A DNA stretch of 63,692 nucleotides, filler included, from Conidiobolus incongruus B7586 (GCA_000697335.1; 14 parts of 14 records of this genome joined end to end with filler, not necessarily neighbours in it), one strand, 5' to 3'; counted from the whole stretch's first letter, positions 1 through 12,957 are shown. A program made the numbers and translations. Notes: generated from the letters alone by a model not told the origin.

Positions 1-231
1 TAAAATAATATTTATATATTATATTATTGATAGCATATAGTTTTAATCCTAAGAATTAATATAAAATATAATAAATATTAAGAATTAAAAAAGAAAAACC
101 TAATTTATTAAATAATTTAATATTATTTATATAATTAATTAGGCTATAAAAATATAAATAATTATATAATCTATAATTAATTAAATTATATAGAAATATA
201 TATAATAATTAAAAAAACTATTCTCTTAACA
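1..231 (-). mobile_element. Degenerate LTR fragment of Ty3/Gypsy family A, truncated by window start
   Basis: Reverse complement begins TGTTAAGAGAATAGTT and is collinear with the LTR at 14349-14746; most C/G positions converted to T/A. Confidence 0.7.
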
Positions 232-1440
232 AAAATTATAATTCTTAAAGTATCAAAATAATTATCATTAATATTGTATAATTTAATATATTAACAGTTA
301 TTGAAGTATCACAGGGTTTGATAAATTAATTAATATTATTATTAATAACTAAATAAACACCAAATTTAAGATTATTTTTAAAAAAAAATAAAAAATCAAT
401 ATAAATTCTAATATAAATGAGAAAAAAAAATAACGATTAAAATATTATATTAAATATCAAAATTTAATTTAATTATATTATAATTAAGTTACTAATAGTA
501 AAAAATTTTAAATATTTATAAATATGATATTTATACTTTCAAACAAAGTTTATTACAGAATAAAGAGATAATTCAAGGTATATATATTGTTTAAAATCAA
601 TTTTATCTTTGATTTTAAATAATCTGATTTATTGAAATAAAAATAAATAAATACTTGAATATATAATTGTAAAAATATAATAAATTATAAAATTAATGCT
701 TATCTTTATGATTTTCTTTTTTTACCATACTTTGGGTAAACTTTTAGTACCAAAAAACGGGTTTTTAATTAATGCTTGAATTTTAATATTATATTAAATA
801 ATCAAATTTACTTATAAAATTATCTTTTCTATATACTGATATTTAAATACTTAAAAAAAGTAAAATTATTTTACTTAAATTTAGTAAATACTATAGATAT
901 ATTACTTTTTCTAACTATGTTCGATTAAAATATTTTGCATAGTATTAATTTAATAATTTCTATAAATATAAATTAAAATGGAAAGTTGTATTATAATATA
1001 TTAATATCATCATTTTTAAATAATTAAACAAATAATGGTCAAAATTAAATCTGTGAATTTTAATAAAATTTAGATTATTATTTATTGAATTTTAAATTAA
1101 TTTACCTAACAATAAAAAATTAATTGTAATATAATACTGTCACCAGAAGTTATTAATAAATCTTAAAAAATTTTTAGCAAATTTTTTAGTTAGGTCAAAT
1201 TAAAAATAAAATAAAAAAGCTTCGATTATCAGTATTTAATTTTAATATAATTATCTAATAAAATTTGAAAATTTATTTTATAATAGAAAATTATATATTT
1301 ATATATATGGTTTAGAACTATTTGTTTATTATTTATTACATATAAATATATATTTATATAAATATTATTTTTTCTTAAATCAATAATATATTTGATATAT
1401 CAGAAATTAAAAATTTCCCATTTTTTTAATCTTGAAGTAA
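232..1440 (-). mobile_element. Highly degenerate mariner copy interrupted by the Gypsy LTR
   Basis: 1395-1440 (ATCAGAAATTAAAAATTTCCCATTTTTTTAATCTTGAAGTAA|TA) matches the mariner 5' end at 39645-39687; patchy similarity further left; left boundary uncertain. Confidence 0.5.
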
Positions 1441-3513
1441 TATTTTAAAGTGAAATATTATTCATTTATTATATTATTAAAGGAAAAAATAAAAAAATTT
1501 AGATATAATGATTATTTTTAGTAATATTTTGGTAACTTTAATTTATATTGATAAAACTTATTATAATGTAAAATCTATTAAAAAGATTTAATTATCAACT
1601 GGAAGAATTATTTTTTAAAAGATTAGTATTTTATAAACCTGAATTACACTTTGAGAATATTATTTATTAGTTTTAAATTAATCTTTATAGCTCAGCGATA
1701 TTATTAAAATACTTTGAAAAATTTGCAGATGGTGATTTAATATCGACTATTTTGTAAGTAGATAAGTAATATATTTTCATTATAAAAGATAATATTTTAA
1801 TAAAAAATATGGTTTATTCATATATATGATATTACTCATTTGGTCTAAAAATATAATATATTTATTAGTGTTTTTTTATTTTAATTGATAAGCAAAATCT
1901 TAATACTCCCTAGTATTAAAATACCAAATTATACCTAAATAGCAGAAATTGAAAGTGTCAAAGTTTGTCAATTACCATTTTTTATGCTTATACACAGTTA
2001 CACAATGCTTGTCAAACTTACTAGAATTTTATATTACTTTGGCATATATTTTAGAAATCTTTGTGGATTAAATGTAATTTTACATTTTTGAGAAATATTT
2101 TAAATTGAGATGATTTTTTCTCATTTAAAGCAATCGCTAACAGATTGAATTTTGCTCCTTTTATACATTCAAATACCAATATATTGTTTAAGTAACCAAT
2201 CTTAGGCTCTTTGTTCAGCAGAGAAATGGCAGCATTTAGATTATCCTTTTCGAGGTTACTTTCAAAACAGATGGAAAATCTCTCATTTTTCAGCAATACC
2301 AAGCACATCTTAAGCTCAATAAGCAATACATATATCAAGAAATATGTTTTTAGTGGATGGAGCTGAAAATTAAGCTAATATATTTTTGCTGCAGGAAACA
2401 TCAATATTCAAAAAAAATTAACAAAAACTGAGGCGAAAGACTTGGGAGATTACATGATATTAGTAGCGCAGGATATTGTTTTATTATAGCACAAACCAGC
2501 GTACTATTAGATGTTATGGATTTTTAAAAAAATTTGGTTACTGGATGGCGAAGGAAGTGTAGTAATTTTTTGTTTCAAAGAATTGCTGAAACCATCCATA
2601 GAATATCATATTTCAACTTCAATTTGAAATATATGAAATTTTATTTTATCCTGATAAATTTCAATTATTTTAAATTATGGGATGGCTTTTTCATGATAAT
2701 ATTATTTTTTTAATATTTAATTACAGTTGAAAAATTTAAGTATATTATAATAATTGCAATAGGAATATGTAGTAATAATTAAATAGCCAGATCTATATAT
2801 TTATAATGGGCTAATATACCTTTTGAATTTTATACTATGACGTATCATCAATTTTATTCGATTTTAATAATAGTATAATTTTTATTTTGTGCTAAATGTT
2901 ATCCATTATGACTATGATGATATTTATCATACATGTTATTATTTTCCAAATGATTAAAAAGGTCTTGAACAATTAAATAGTAATATTTATGTGTTTATTT
3001 TTTTGAAATAGTATAACAACCTAGATATTACACTTAGAATAAACTATAAATAAACTTTTTGGCTTCAAAAATCTATTTGTTTAACTGGTGAAATATGTCG
3101 ATTACGTAATCATTTCAATTTTTATTATAGATTTTATAAAAAGAAACTAGACTTAGAAAAACTATATACTTAAAAACATGCTAGTTTAAAATCTATATAG
3201 AATTAACGATAATGTAATATTGTTCTGGGTATAACATTATAAAGTTTTTTTTGTTGGTAATATTGGATATTTTATAAATTGAATTCACCAATAGCCAAAA
3301 TAATTAATAAATAGTTATCAGATTGAATTGGGTAAAATTGGAAAAAATTATTACATGTATTAAATGGATATCAAATTATATAATAATATTATAAACAAAT
3401 AACTCAATGTATATTATATTTCTGATTCAGGTGTGATTATATTAATTCATGAAATATTTATTAAAATAAATTTTATTTATACATGTTAATGATAATATAC
3501 AATGAAAGTGAAT

Positions 3514-3815
3514 TTAGCTGCTGGCGTCAACAGATCTCTTAGTATCTCCCCTCAATTGCTTGGCCTTTTCTCAGCTTGCTGGGAAGTGTTTCCAGTAAGG
3601 GATCCAATAGTATCCTTGACGGCACCAGTTACAGAGTTGACAGCGCCTTCGACCCATCCTTTGATTTCGACAGTCTTTTGTTCGGCATGTCCCTCCTTGT
3701 TCTGAACATTTTCTTTAGCGTCTATTTCGTGGCTAGCGATGGCGTGACCAAGGGTTTCCTTAGTTGATCCCATAGGTTGGTTATATTTAGCGTTATCTTT
3801 GTTTGATTCATTCAT
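3514..3815 (-). pseudogene. CsbD-like small stress protein, copy with 1-bp frameshift near the 3' end
   Basis: Paralog of 12958-13260. After QQAE one base is missing (~3566-3570). The shifted frame reads KAKQLRGDTKRSVDASS* and stops at 3514-3516, matching KTQELKGDAKKAANSSS* of the intact copy (302 vs 303 nt). Confidence 0.75.
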
Positions 3816-4191
3816 GACTTGATATATGATAATACAATTAGATTTTTAATTCAAATCATCTGATTAATTTTATCATATTCTATTTGAGAAAATAGTTTAT
3901 ATTCTATGGATCTTTAAGTTTGATTAAATGATCTCATAATGATTGAATAATTTGTCAAAATTTATATTTATATTTTTCTTACCAAAATTTACCTAATAAA
4001 TTGCAAATATCCTTGAATAATTTATTCTAATTCCTGATTATTCAATTAAATTTTGTCTGGTTGTTATTTTAATTGAATTGTGATTAGTGTCTAGTAAATT
4101 AATTAGAGTTTGTTTTTTATTATCAATGTTATTAATATTCAATATCAAATATTTTAAATAATAAGATATTAAAACAATTTTATCATTAATC

Positions 4192-4787
4192 AATGATATT
4201 TGTGTAATTTGATGTGTTTTTTAGATTCATAGGCATTAAGCTGCTTTAATTCTCTATAAATGGGTAATGTGACTTGGGTTTGAGCTTTGATTAAGATATT
4301 TTAATCTGAACAAGGGTTCTTTTGATTATGCAGACCTATTGTATATTTGTAAGCTTATTAATAAAAATAAAACTGATTTTAAATTAGTATTTATATGGTA
4401 ATAGATAATGATATCAGCATCATTATAGATATGATTAATTGATAGCCTATATCCATGGTGATGAGGTCATAGAAGTAAGCAATCTTTCTAAGGGACATGT
4501 AATCAATATCAATAATATAATTATATATGATATAAAGACTTTTGTTGATATTAGATTAAGAAGATAATTCTTAGTTTAATAGACTAAACATTGTATAAAA
4601 TACTCTGACTGATCTCATAATATAATTAATAATCTATTTAATAATTATAATACTTATATGATGAGATTAGAGCTATTATAATATTGATATTGGCTAAAAT
4701 AAATAATTTCTATTACCTATAACTTAACTAATTTAATTGACTATTATTCCTGTTTATGGTTTATATATTTTTTATATTTGGAAATAT
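4192..4787 (-). repeat. Left arm of ~600-bp inverted repeat (partner 11377-11976)
   Basis: Direct reverse-complement comparison; 4522-4787 is identical to 11377-11642, the remainder has scattered differences. Confidence 0.9.
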
Positions 4788-4946
4788 TAACTATATAAGT
4801 CATTAATTAAGATTTGATCAATTATTTTTAATATTTTTTCAATACTTGATATAAGCAAAAATGAAATAAAAATACTGAATTTTGAAACTATTAATGTTAT
4901 AAATAATAATGAATAGAATAAAGATTGTCACAAATTGAAAATATAT

Positions 4947-5279
4947 TGCAAGGCTTCTAGAAAGTAGTCTTGCAATAAAGATCACATGAGTTCAATGAAA
5001 TGGGCTAAAAACAACTAACAAGACACTTTAGAGGAGTTTTATTAAAAATCAAGATATAAGGCTTAGCCCTGATCAAAGTGATTATCTAGCAAATGTCTGA
5101 CTTTTGACTATTTTATAGTGTGGTTGATCCTTTGCCAATGTGTTGAAACTTAAATTACTGTTATAGTCTGGAATTTTCCATTGTGCAAGGGTTGTTCCTG
5201 ATATTTGTAAGTGAATTACAGCTGGAATCTTGACGGATGGTTAAAGTTGAAAGGCGAGCAGACCTTCCGATCCGCGACA
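4947..5279 (-). mobile_element. Solo-LTR-like repeat family B, copy 1
   Basis: TG...CA bounded, GC-richer ~330 bp; minus strand has TATAAAA (~5112-5118) followed by AATAAA (~5038-5043); homologous to 9298-9629; flanks ATAT/ATAA. Confidence 0.6.
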
Positions 5280-5477
5280 ATAATATATTATAGACCTATT
5301 TTTTCAAGTTTTAAAAGAATAATTAAATTTAAAAACATTGCAAAATGAAATATTCACCATCCAATTCCATTATGTTTTACCAGTCATTTAAATCTATTTT
5401 ATAAGATCAAATAACTTAATAAAATCAAAATTTGTTATTGTTACTTTATATATTAAATCTTCAATAATCAAATATAT

Positions 5478-5811
5478 TGACACTGGCTGGGAAGTCAAGT
5501 GTCCAATAACTTTTAAGTAAATAGTTGTCTTCCAGGACAGCACCTGTTTGGTGATATAAAAGGGGTAATTTATTGTTTAACCTGGATTATTGGGCTGTAC
5601 CCTAGGAAGAGGACCGACGTGATAACTTGGTTGTAGTCGGCATATTTATAGTTTGCTTGATGTGTCTTCCCAGCGTACTAACAGTACGTCGGATGGAACG
5701 ATTGATTGCATTGCTCGGGTGTATTTTGTGGTCACTTTGCAGGTGGATCTGTGACGGGGTTCTCGAATGAATTGAATTGTTAAGGACGAACGGGTCCTCC
5801 GGCCCGTCACA
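5478..5811. mobile_element. Solo-LTR-like element family C
   Basis: CpG-rich 334-bp island beginning TGACAC and ending GTCACA, flanked by ATAT on both sides (possible 4-bp TSD); no credible ORF. Confidence 0.55.
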
Positions 5812-6616
5812 ATATCATCAATCTTCGCACCTATTTTTATCCGTAAAATAGTTGAGACAAAATTAAAATTAAATATTACAATAAATATAGATAACCAATG
5901 AAACAAAATTCCTATTTAGTCAATTTAAAAAACTGCACCCTTTATAGCTTTGTTATATATTATATAAAAGTTTGGGTTCATAATATATTAATATGCATAA
6001 TAAAAATTTTAACAAAAATTACTTGAATATACGATTTCAGAATGATTTCAATATTTACTAGATAATTTGAATGCTAAAATTTCATTCGTAAAAATATGAA
6101 ATTGGATCCAATTCGGCATTTTCAAATTGTTAAAATTTTCATCAAATGATTTAAATAATTAAATTTGATAAATTGAGATGAATTCAGCTATTCTTCAATC
6201 ATTGTCACTCTTATTCAATTAAAATTTACTATACTCATCCAAATTTATTTTTCCAAAATTTACTTGATTGAAAAAACTTAATTGAAATATATTATATAAT
6301 ATTAGATTAGATTATTCGAGATTCTATAATAAACAATATTAAATTTATCTTAAAACTGTCTGATTTGACTAAAATAAAATATTAAATTAAATTTGAATGA
6401 AACTTTTGAAATATTTAACAAATTTGTAAAAATAGCATTGTAATTTGGACAATCTTAAGTCATCCGAATAATTATGCATTAAAATACTCAATTGGAAAAA
6501 TATTGTTGTCATCCAAGTTAACCGGTGTCTGAGTTTATTAATATAAATATTAGTCACTTCGATTACTCAACATCATAAATTCATAAATTCACAAATTCAA
6601 AGAACAAGCAACCAAT

Positions 6617-8320
6617 ATGAATTCTACACTACCCGTTTTAATTGTAGGTGCAGGACCTACTGGACTGTCCCTAGCGATCCAACTACAGCGATGTGGTACC
6701 CCCTTCCGTATCATTGACCCCAAGTCTGAAATCAAATTTCAGTCCAGAGCAACCAATCTCCATACTAGAAGTATCGAAATATTTAGACAGCTGGGTGTCT
6801 TGGACAGAATCAAACAGAAGGCAATCGAATATTATCCGCGTTTAAATTTCGTATTTGAAGGAGAAAATATAGCTTTTACACAGAATTTCAAGTCAGATGA
6901 TTATCCAGATCAAGTCTCAATCATTATACCCCAATACTATACCGAAGCGTATTTGAGGGAGCATTTGAGCGATTTGAATGTCAGGATAGAACAGTTGGAA
7001 TTAATATCATTTCAACAAGAAGAAGATCATGTTATAGCAACCTTGAAGCATCCCAACGATGAGGAAACTCAAACAATCAAATGTCAATATATGATTGGAT
7101 GCAATGGAGCTCGTAGCATTGTCAGAAAACAACTTGGATTAGAATTCCCAGGTGTGACTAGAGATGGTTATTACGCCATGATCGATTTAGAGATGGAGAC
7201 TGATATGAATACTAAGGAGCCTTCTATAATTTGGTCTAAGGAAAGCTATGGATTTCTCTACCAATTTGACAATATCTATTCAATTTTTTTCTATTTGGGA
7301 TCCAGTGATGAAGAAACGGAGCTCACTGAAGTGAAAGCGATAGCCAAATTGAAAGAATTGGTTCATCCAAATTATATTAAGCCCAAGAAAGTACTGTGGT
7401 TGGGCAAATTCAAAATCAACGAAAGAATGGTTTCCATTAATCATCAAGGCCGAGTGATCCTATGTGGCGATGCTGCTCATATTCATAGTCCAGCAGGAGG
7501 TTTGGGGATGAATACTGGAATTCAAGACGCTTACCACCTTGGATGGATGTTGGCATTAATGACATCCGGAGCAGTAAATCCAAAGGTGTTTATTGATAAC
7601 TATTGTGAGGAAAGAAAATTGGTTTGGAAGAAAGTTGTCAAATCATCTGAAGGTTTTTTCAATATGTTTTTTTCCAAAAGTTCCTTCTGGGTCGACCTTT
7701 TCAAAAAATATGTCTTTCCTTTTTTATGTATGATTCCTGGCTTTTCTAGGTTAGAAATGGATATAGGATCTGGGAAATATATCAAATTCCCATCTAGCAT
7801 CCTGATCCATCAACCCAGTCTTGGTTGGTTACCTGGATATAATAATTGGGTTGGCGAAAGATTCCGAGCTCTGTTACTGAAAAAGCTAAGTGATACTAAA
7901 GAAGTTCAATTACAGAGTATTCTAAGTGGTAGATATACTTTTGATATCATTGTATATGCTAAGGATTTGATTAGTGTACAACTTCAAGTGAAAGCACTGG
8001 TTCAACACATTAATGATTCCGACAATATCATCAATAGAACAAGGTCAAATTATGATCTAAAGCATCCTTTGGCTTCATTGAAGATTATCAGTCCCAAAAT
8101 TCAAACACTTGATCAAGTTGATGAGCACTCATTTCTTCAAACAATTAAGGAATATCCCATCTATGAAGACTTGAACAACAAGATGAAAGATTTACTTCCA
8201 CTCGACTTAATATTCAGCGACGCTATCTTTATCGTTAGACCAGATGGTTATATTGGAAAAATTTGCTCACTTGACAACCTAAGCCAATTATCAGATTATT
8301 TTCAACGAATTTTTGTATAA
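6617..8320 (+). CDS. FAD-dependent monooxygenase (group A aromatic hydroxylase, PheA/TfdB-like, FAD_binding_3), 567 aa, intronless
   Basis: VLIVGAGPTG Rossmann motif, GCNGARSIVRKQLG (DG-motif region), GDAAHIHSPAGGLGMNTGIQDA, C-terminal IVRPDGYIG; TATAAA at ~6542. Confidence 0.93.
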   Translation: MNSTLPVLIVGAGPTGLSLAIQLQRCGTPFRIIDPKSEIKFQSRATNLHTRSIEIFRQLGVLDRIKQKAIEYYPRLNFVFEGENIAFTQNFKSDDYPDQVSIIIPQYYTEAYLREHLSDLNVRIEQLELISFQQEEDHVIATLKHPNDEETQTIKCQYMIGCNGARSIVRKQLGLEFPGVTRDGYYAMIDLEMETDMNTKEPSIIWSKESYGFLYQFDNIYSIFFYLGSSDEETELTEVKAIAKLKELVHPNYIKPKKVLWLGKFKINERMVSINHQGRVILCGDAAHIHSPAGGLGMNTGIQDAYHLGWMLALMTSGAVNPKVFIDNYCEERKLVWKKVVKSSEGFFNMFFSKSSFWVDLFKKYVFPFLCMIPGFSRLEMDIGSGKYIKFPSSILIHQPSLGWLPGYNNWVGERFRALLLKKLSDTKEVQLQSILSGRYTFDIIVYAKDLISVQLQVKALVQHINDSDNIINRTRSNYDLKHPLASLKIISPKIQTLDQVDEHSFLQTIKEYPIYEDLNNKMKDLLPLDLIFSDAIFIVRPDGYIGKICSLDNLSQLSDYFQRIFV

Positions 8321-9297
8321 TTAGCAATTTTTTTATGATAACTTAGCCATATACCAATATCCAATAAACATGTTGCTATAAATTTTTGTTCAATTGGTTT
8401 TACTATAGATATAGTCATTCCTTATATTTGATAGATTTGTATCCAGGCCAAATATATTTGTGATCCTACGAATGTGGTATTGCTGAAAAACAATTTAAAA
8501 ATTAGATCAAATTAAAATCAAAATAAAAATATATTTAATTGAATTGAATGATTTTATAATATTTTATAATAAAATAAAATATATAATATCCCTTAACAAA
8601 ATGTAAATATTGTCAAATTAGCAACATTTATTTAGTTTTGAATATTGTTCAAATTGATCAATTATTATGCCCAACAATCTCTCATAAATAATCAAATTTA
8701 GTCCAATCAAATCCAATTGTACATTTTTAAATTAAGCAGGTACTCTTCACATGAATAAAGATTAAGGTGTTCTATTAAATTTTTAATGAGATATTTTAAG
8801 ATAATTTTAACTGGAAATTATAAAATAATGTAACATTGATCCCTATTATTACTTATAGTGACAAATCAATTTTTCAATTACTATCTGAAATTTTTTTATT
8901 GAATTTGAACTATAAATAATGTTGAATTTAAATAGGTTATATTATTGAATGTATATCCTTGAAAAATTTGAGATTTTAATGTATAAGCATTTTTACAAAA
9001 TCATTATTGCTACAAAAAAAATTAACGATTGTTAAAATGTATGATTACTGTGTAATAAAATACACTTTTGAATTGGTTCTAAATTTAAAACAAACATTCG
9101 GCCCATTTAGGAATTTAAATAAATCTGTTTCTGATGATGGGAAAATGTGATTGGATTAGATAAGTTGACAGATAACTCATCAACTTTGTAATGATCAAAT
9201 GAATTAGTTGAAAAAAAATTGTTCAAGAATATTTATATTATTAGATGATTTGATTATTATTGTAGTATTATGGTGATTTTCAACTAAATCAACATAG

Positions 9298-9629
9298 TCT
9301 AGGCCTTCTAGAAAGTAGATTGCAATAAAGATCACGTAGATTAGATAAAACAGGCCAAGGACGACTAACGAGATACTTTAAAGGGTTTTATTAAAATATC
9401 AATATGTAGGGTTAGGCCCTGATCGAGATGACCTCCAAGCAAATATGTGCGCAGTGACTATTTTATAGTGTGGTTAGTTCTTTGCCAATGTGTTGAAACT
9501 CCAATTACTGTTATAGACTGGAATTATCCATTGTGCAAGGATTGTGCCTGGTATTTGTGAGTGGATTACATTCGGAATCATGACGGACGGCTAAAGTTGA
9601 ATGGCTAGCGGACCTCCTGATCCGCAGAA
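9298..9629 (-). mobile_element. Solo-LTR-like repeat family B, copy 2 (same orientation as 4947-5279)
   Basis: Collinear with 4947-5279, sharing e.g. TGACTATTTTATAGTGTGGTT, TTTGCCAATGTGTTGAAACT and CCATTGTGCAAGG; termini eroded. Confidence 0.6.
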
Positions 9630-11376
9630 ATATGTTCAATTTTAAATTATTCAAAGATTTAATGTCAAATTAATTATATATTAAAAAATGCTATAATCTC
9701 ATATTCATTCTTATTATCTATATCATAGATCCATTGGATTATTTTTTAAAATATTTTTTATCAAATGTGCAAAATTTTATTGCTGAATATTGTTTTTTCA
9801 GAAATAAGTCTTGAATTTGAAATAAATAACCCTTTGTTTCATTATGTTTTATATCAATTAAAAAGATTCATATCTTCAATTTTGTCATTAAATATCAATT
9901 AGGAATGATTTTTTTATTAATTCAATAAACAAATAATATCAATAACATAAAAAAAACTACAAGTTTTAATTTATATTTTTTCTCTTGAAATTACAACTCT
10001 ATGTCATTTATATAGACATTTTTCAATTAATATTAGAATAATTTATTTGATGTAATTGATATAGTTAAACCCATTTCTTATATTTTTTCAATATAATTTG
10101 GTAAAAAGAATATTTTAGATTAAATAACCATTCTTTTAGATAGAATGCTTAATATATAATTAAGGTATTATATAAATGCAATTAAATTTCTTTCTTAATA
10201 TTTTCAAACATTAAGAGTATATTCAATACAAATCACCAAAAATACTCAAGAAGTACAATAGAGTAAAATCTTAAGTTAATAATTCTGAAAATAATATTAT
10301 TTTCCATATCATCTGATATCAGATTTAGCAAATGAAATTAATTATTTCTATTTGATCCAATACCAAATTAGAAAAAAACCTTTATTAAGCTTGTGAAGAA
10401 TGTTGTTATAGTGTTCATATCCTATTAATCAATTTCTCAAATATAAAATTTCTTATTGATTATATACTATCATCAAAAATTTTCTTATTGCTAGGATATT
10501 TAAATTTTCAATACTAAATAATATATTGTATAGAATATATATTCAAGGTTAGCTTTATAAATTGTAATATAATATACTTAATGAAGCATTTTCAGATAAT
10601 AACTTTGGAAAGAGATTGTATTGTAATGAAAATAGGAAGACTCACAACGCAACTGAAAAATTCGTAATATTATTCAAAGAGTAAAAAACTTTAATATAAA
10701 ATTGGTACGATTAAATATTTAATTAGGTAACAAAGAGAATGACTATGGAGATCAAATATATATTGATTTTTGAAACAAAATGACTATAAATATTATAAAT
10801 TATGGTATTTTAAGAATTTCAAAAAGTTCTCACATTCCAATTCCTTATATTGTCCTAAATTTAAAACTAATATTTGAACTTAATATGAAAGTAGATATTA
10901 AATAGCTAAGCTATCGTCATTAGTATATAGAATTTCAACTAGCATTCTTAAAACTAAATAAAGAATTAGGCAATCCATTCAAAATATTTATTATTTGTCT
11001 ATATTAAGCAAAAAATATTGAGTTGTTTAGAACTTTATTTATGGATAAAATAGACAAATAATTAATTATGGAAATATTAATAAAAACATTTAAAATTATC
11101 AATTTTAGTATATTGATTTCTATCCTAATGAAGCTTAATATAGTTATATAAAGTAAATATTATTATGAACATGACTTATTTGGTTGATATATTTAATCTT
11201 TGTTTCTTATATATTCAATAAGAAATTATTACTAATATATATTTTATAATATAAATGATAAACATTAATTGATATAATTTTAATAACTATTATTTTCAAT
11301 ATTAGTGTCGAATATTAAATATTATAATAATTGAAAAACTAATTAATAAGATCACAATTAATAATTTATATATTTG

Positions 11377-11976
11377 ATATTTCCAAATATAAAAAATATA
11401 TAAACCATAAACAGGAATAATAGTCAATTAAATTAGTTAAGTTATAGGTAATAGAAATTATTTATTTTAGCCAATATCAATATTATAATAGCTCTAATCT
11501 CATCATATAAGTATTATAATTATTAAATAGATTATTAATTATATTATGAGATCAGTCAGAGTATTTTATACAATGTTTAGTCTATTAAACTAAGAATTAT
11601 CTTCTTAATCTAATATCAACAAAAGTCTTTATATCATATATAGTCATATTACTGATAGTGATTACATGTCCCTTAGAAAGATTGCTTACTTCTATGATCT
11701 CATCACCATGGATATAGGCTATCAATTGATCATATCTACAATGATGCTGATATCATTATCCATTACCATATTTACTCTGATTTAAAATCAATTCTATTTT
11801 CATCAATATGCTTGCTAACAAATATACAATAGATCTACATAATCAGAAGAGCCCTTGTTCAGATTAAAATATCTTAATCAAAGCTCAAACCCAAGTCACA
11901 TTACCCATTTATAGAGAATTAAAGCAACCTAATGCCTATGGATACAAAAAACACACCAAATTGTGCAAAAATCATT
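11377..11976 (+). repeat. Right arm of ~600-bp inverted repeat; possibly a LINE endonuclease relic
   Basis: Reverse complement of 4192-4787; one frame near 11701-11800 reads HHHGYRLSIDHIYNDADIIIHYHIYSDLKSILFS, resembling APE-endonuclease IDH...SDH motifs (weak). Confidence 0.85.
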
Positions 11977-12885
11977 CATTCGCAATATCTATGATCATTG
12001 TTGAAGAGTAATATTAGAAATCACAAAGTGAATCATTAAGCTGGTATAACAGAGTCAGTCAACCCTGCTTATTAGTCATTATTCAACTATTAAAAGTAAT
12101 TTGTAATTATTCAAACTCAATATTTCAAATTATTTCAACTTACAATACTTAATAATAAATATTACAAATTATTGTCCTATTCAATTAGTTTACAAAATCG
12201 CTTCAATCAGTTAATTTTAGTTTGAAAAAATATTCAATTAATGATATCATTTTTTTATTGACAATAAAAATATTTATAAATATTTTATGAAACTTAATCT
12301 TAATAATGATATAATATATAATAAATTTGATATTAATATTATTAATACCAAAATAAACAAAAAATTTAATTCAAATTTTTATTTCAACATACTAAGATAT
12401 TATATTGTGAAAAAATGGAAAATTTTGTACATAATGAAATGTTTAAATAAATTAATTAAAGGGATTTTATTAGTTAATCCCAATATATTATATTTATAAA
12501 TTTTTAATTCAAATTTTAATTTTAAAATTAAAAAATTTATCAATTATATTAAATATATATATTTATAAAATTGATCTAATTATGAAAAATATTAAATTAA
12601 TATTCAACTTTAAAATATTTAAAGAATAACAGAAAGTGGTAAGTATTTTGTAGGATAATCGAGAATAGAAAAAATTATTTAATGTTTGAATTTAATAATT
12701 ACAATATCAACATTGTATGTATTTCTTTTCTTTGGCATATGATAGTCAAGTTGAATTATGTAATTTCATCATATTGACTATTTGATAACAATGAGTCAAT
12801 GAGTGAATCATAATTAAATCATGAAATTGGAATTCCGTATTTGGGAATTATGAATACAAATGATAATATAAATAGATGGTCCAGG

Positions 12886-12918
12886 AATTAAAATTAAAAT
12901 TAAAATTAAAATTAAAAT
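12886..12918 (+). repeat. (AATTAA)n microsatellite just upstream of the CsbD-like gene
   Basis: About 5 tandem hexamers between a TATAAATA (~12867) and the ATG at 12958. Confidence 0.6.
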
Positions 12919-12957
12919 AAAAAAATTATTTTATTTCACAATCAAAAATCATTAAAG

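Noticed and set aside
1900..2620. Slightly GC-richer region with a 95-aa ORF (2051-2338)
   Set aside because: Non-ATG start, no recognisable motif in any frame, many stops; at most an unidentifiable relic.
3502..3767. ORFs 3502-3705(+) and 3576-3767(+), and likewise 12952-13215(-)
   Set aside because: Antisense shadows of the CsbD-like genes.
5646..5906. 86-aa ORF, also 62682-62891 and 31596-31790
   Set aside because: They lie in or across LTR/transposon junctions or a gap linker. 62682-62891 is a chance LTR-mariner fusion frame.
7600..7800. Short ORFs inside long genes (7600-7800, 28175-28363, 44272-44514, 56374-56610, 56399-56584)
   Set aside because: Antisense or off-frame overlaps of well-supported CDSs with no motifs.
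12287..12499. Low-complexity I/N/K/F-rich ORFs (12287-12499, 26613-26801, 30998-31237, 43745-43927)
   Set aside because: Expected by chance in extremely AT-rich DNA; no motifs.
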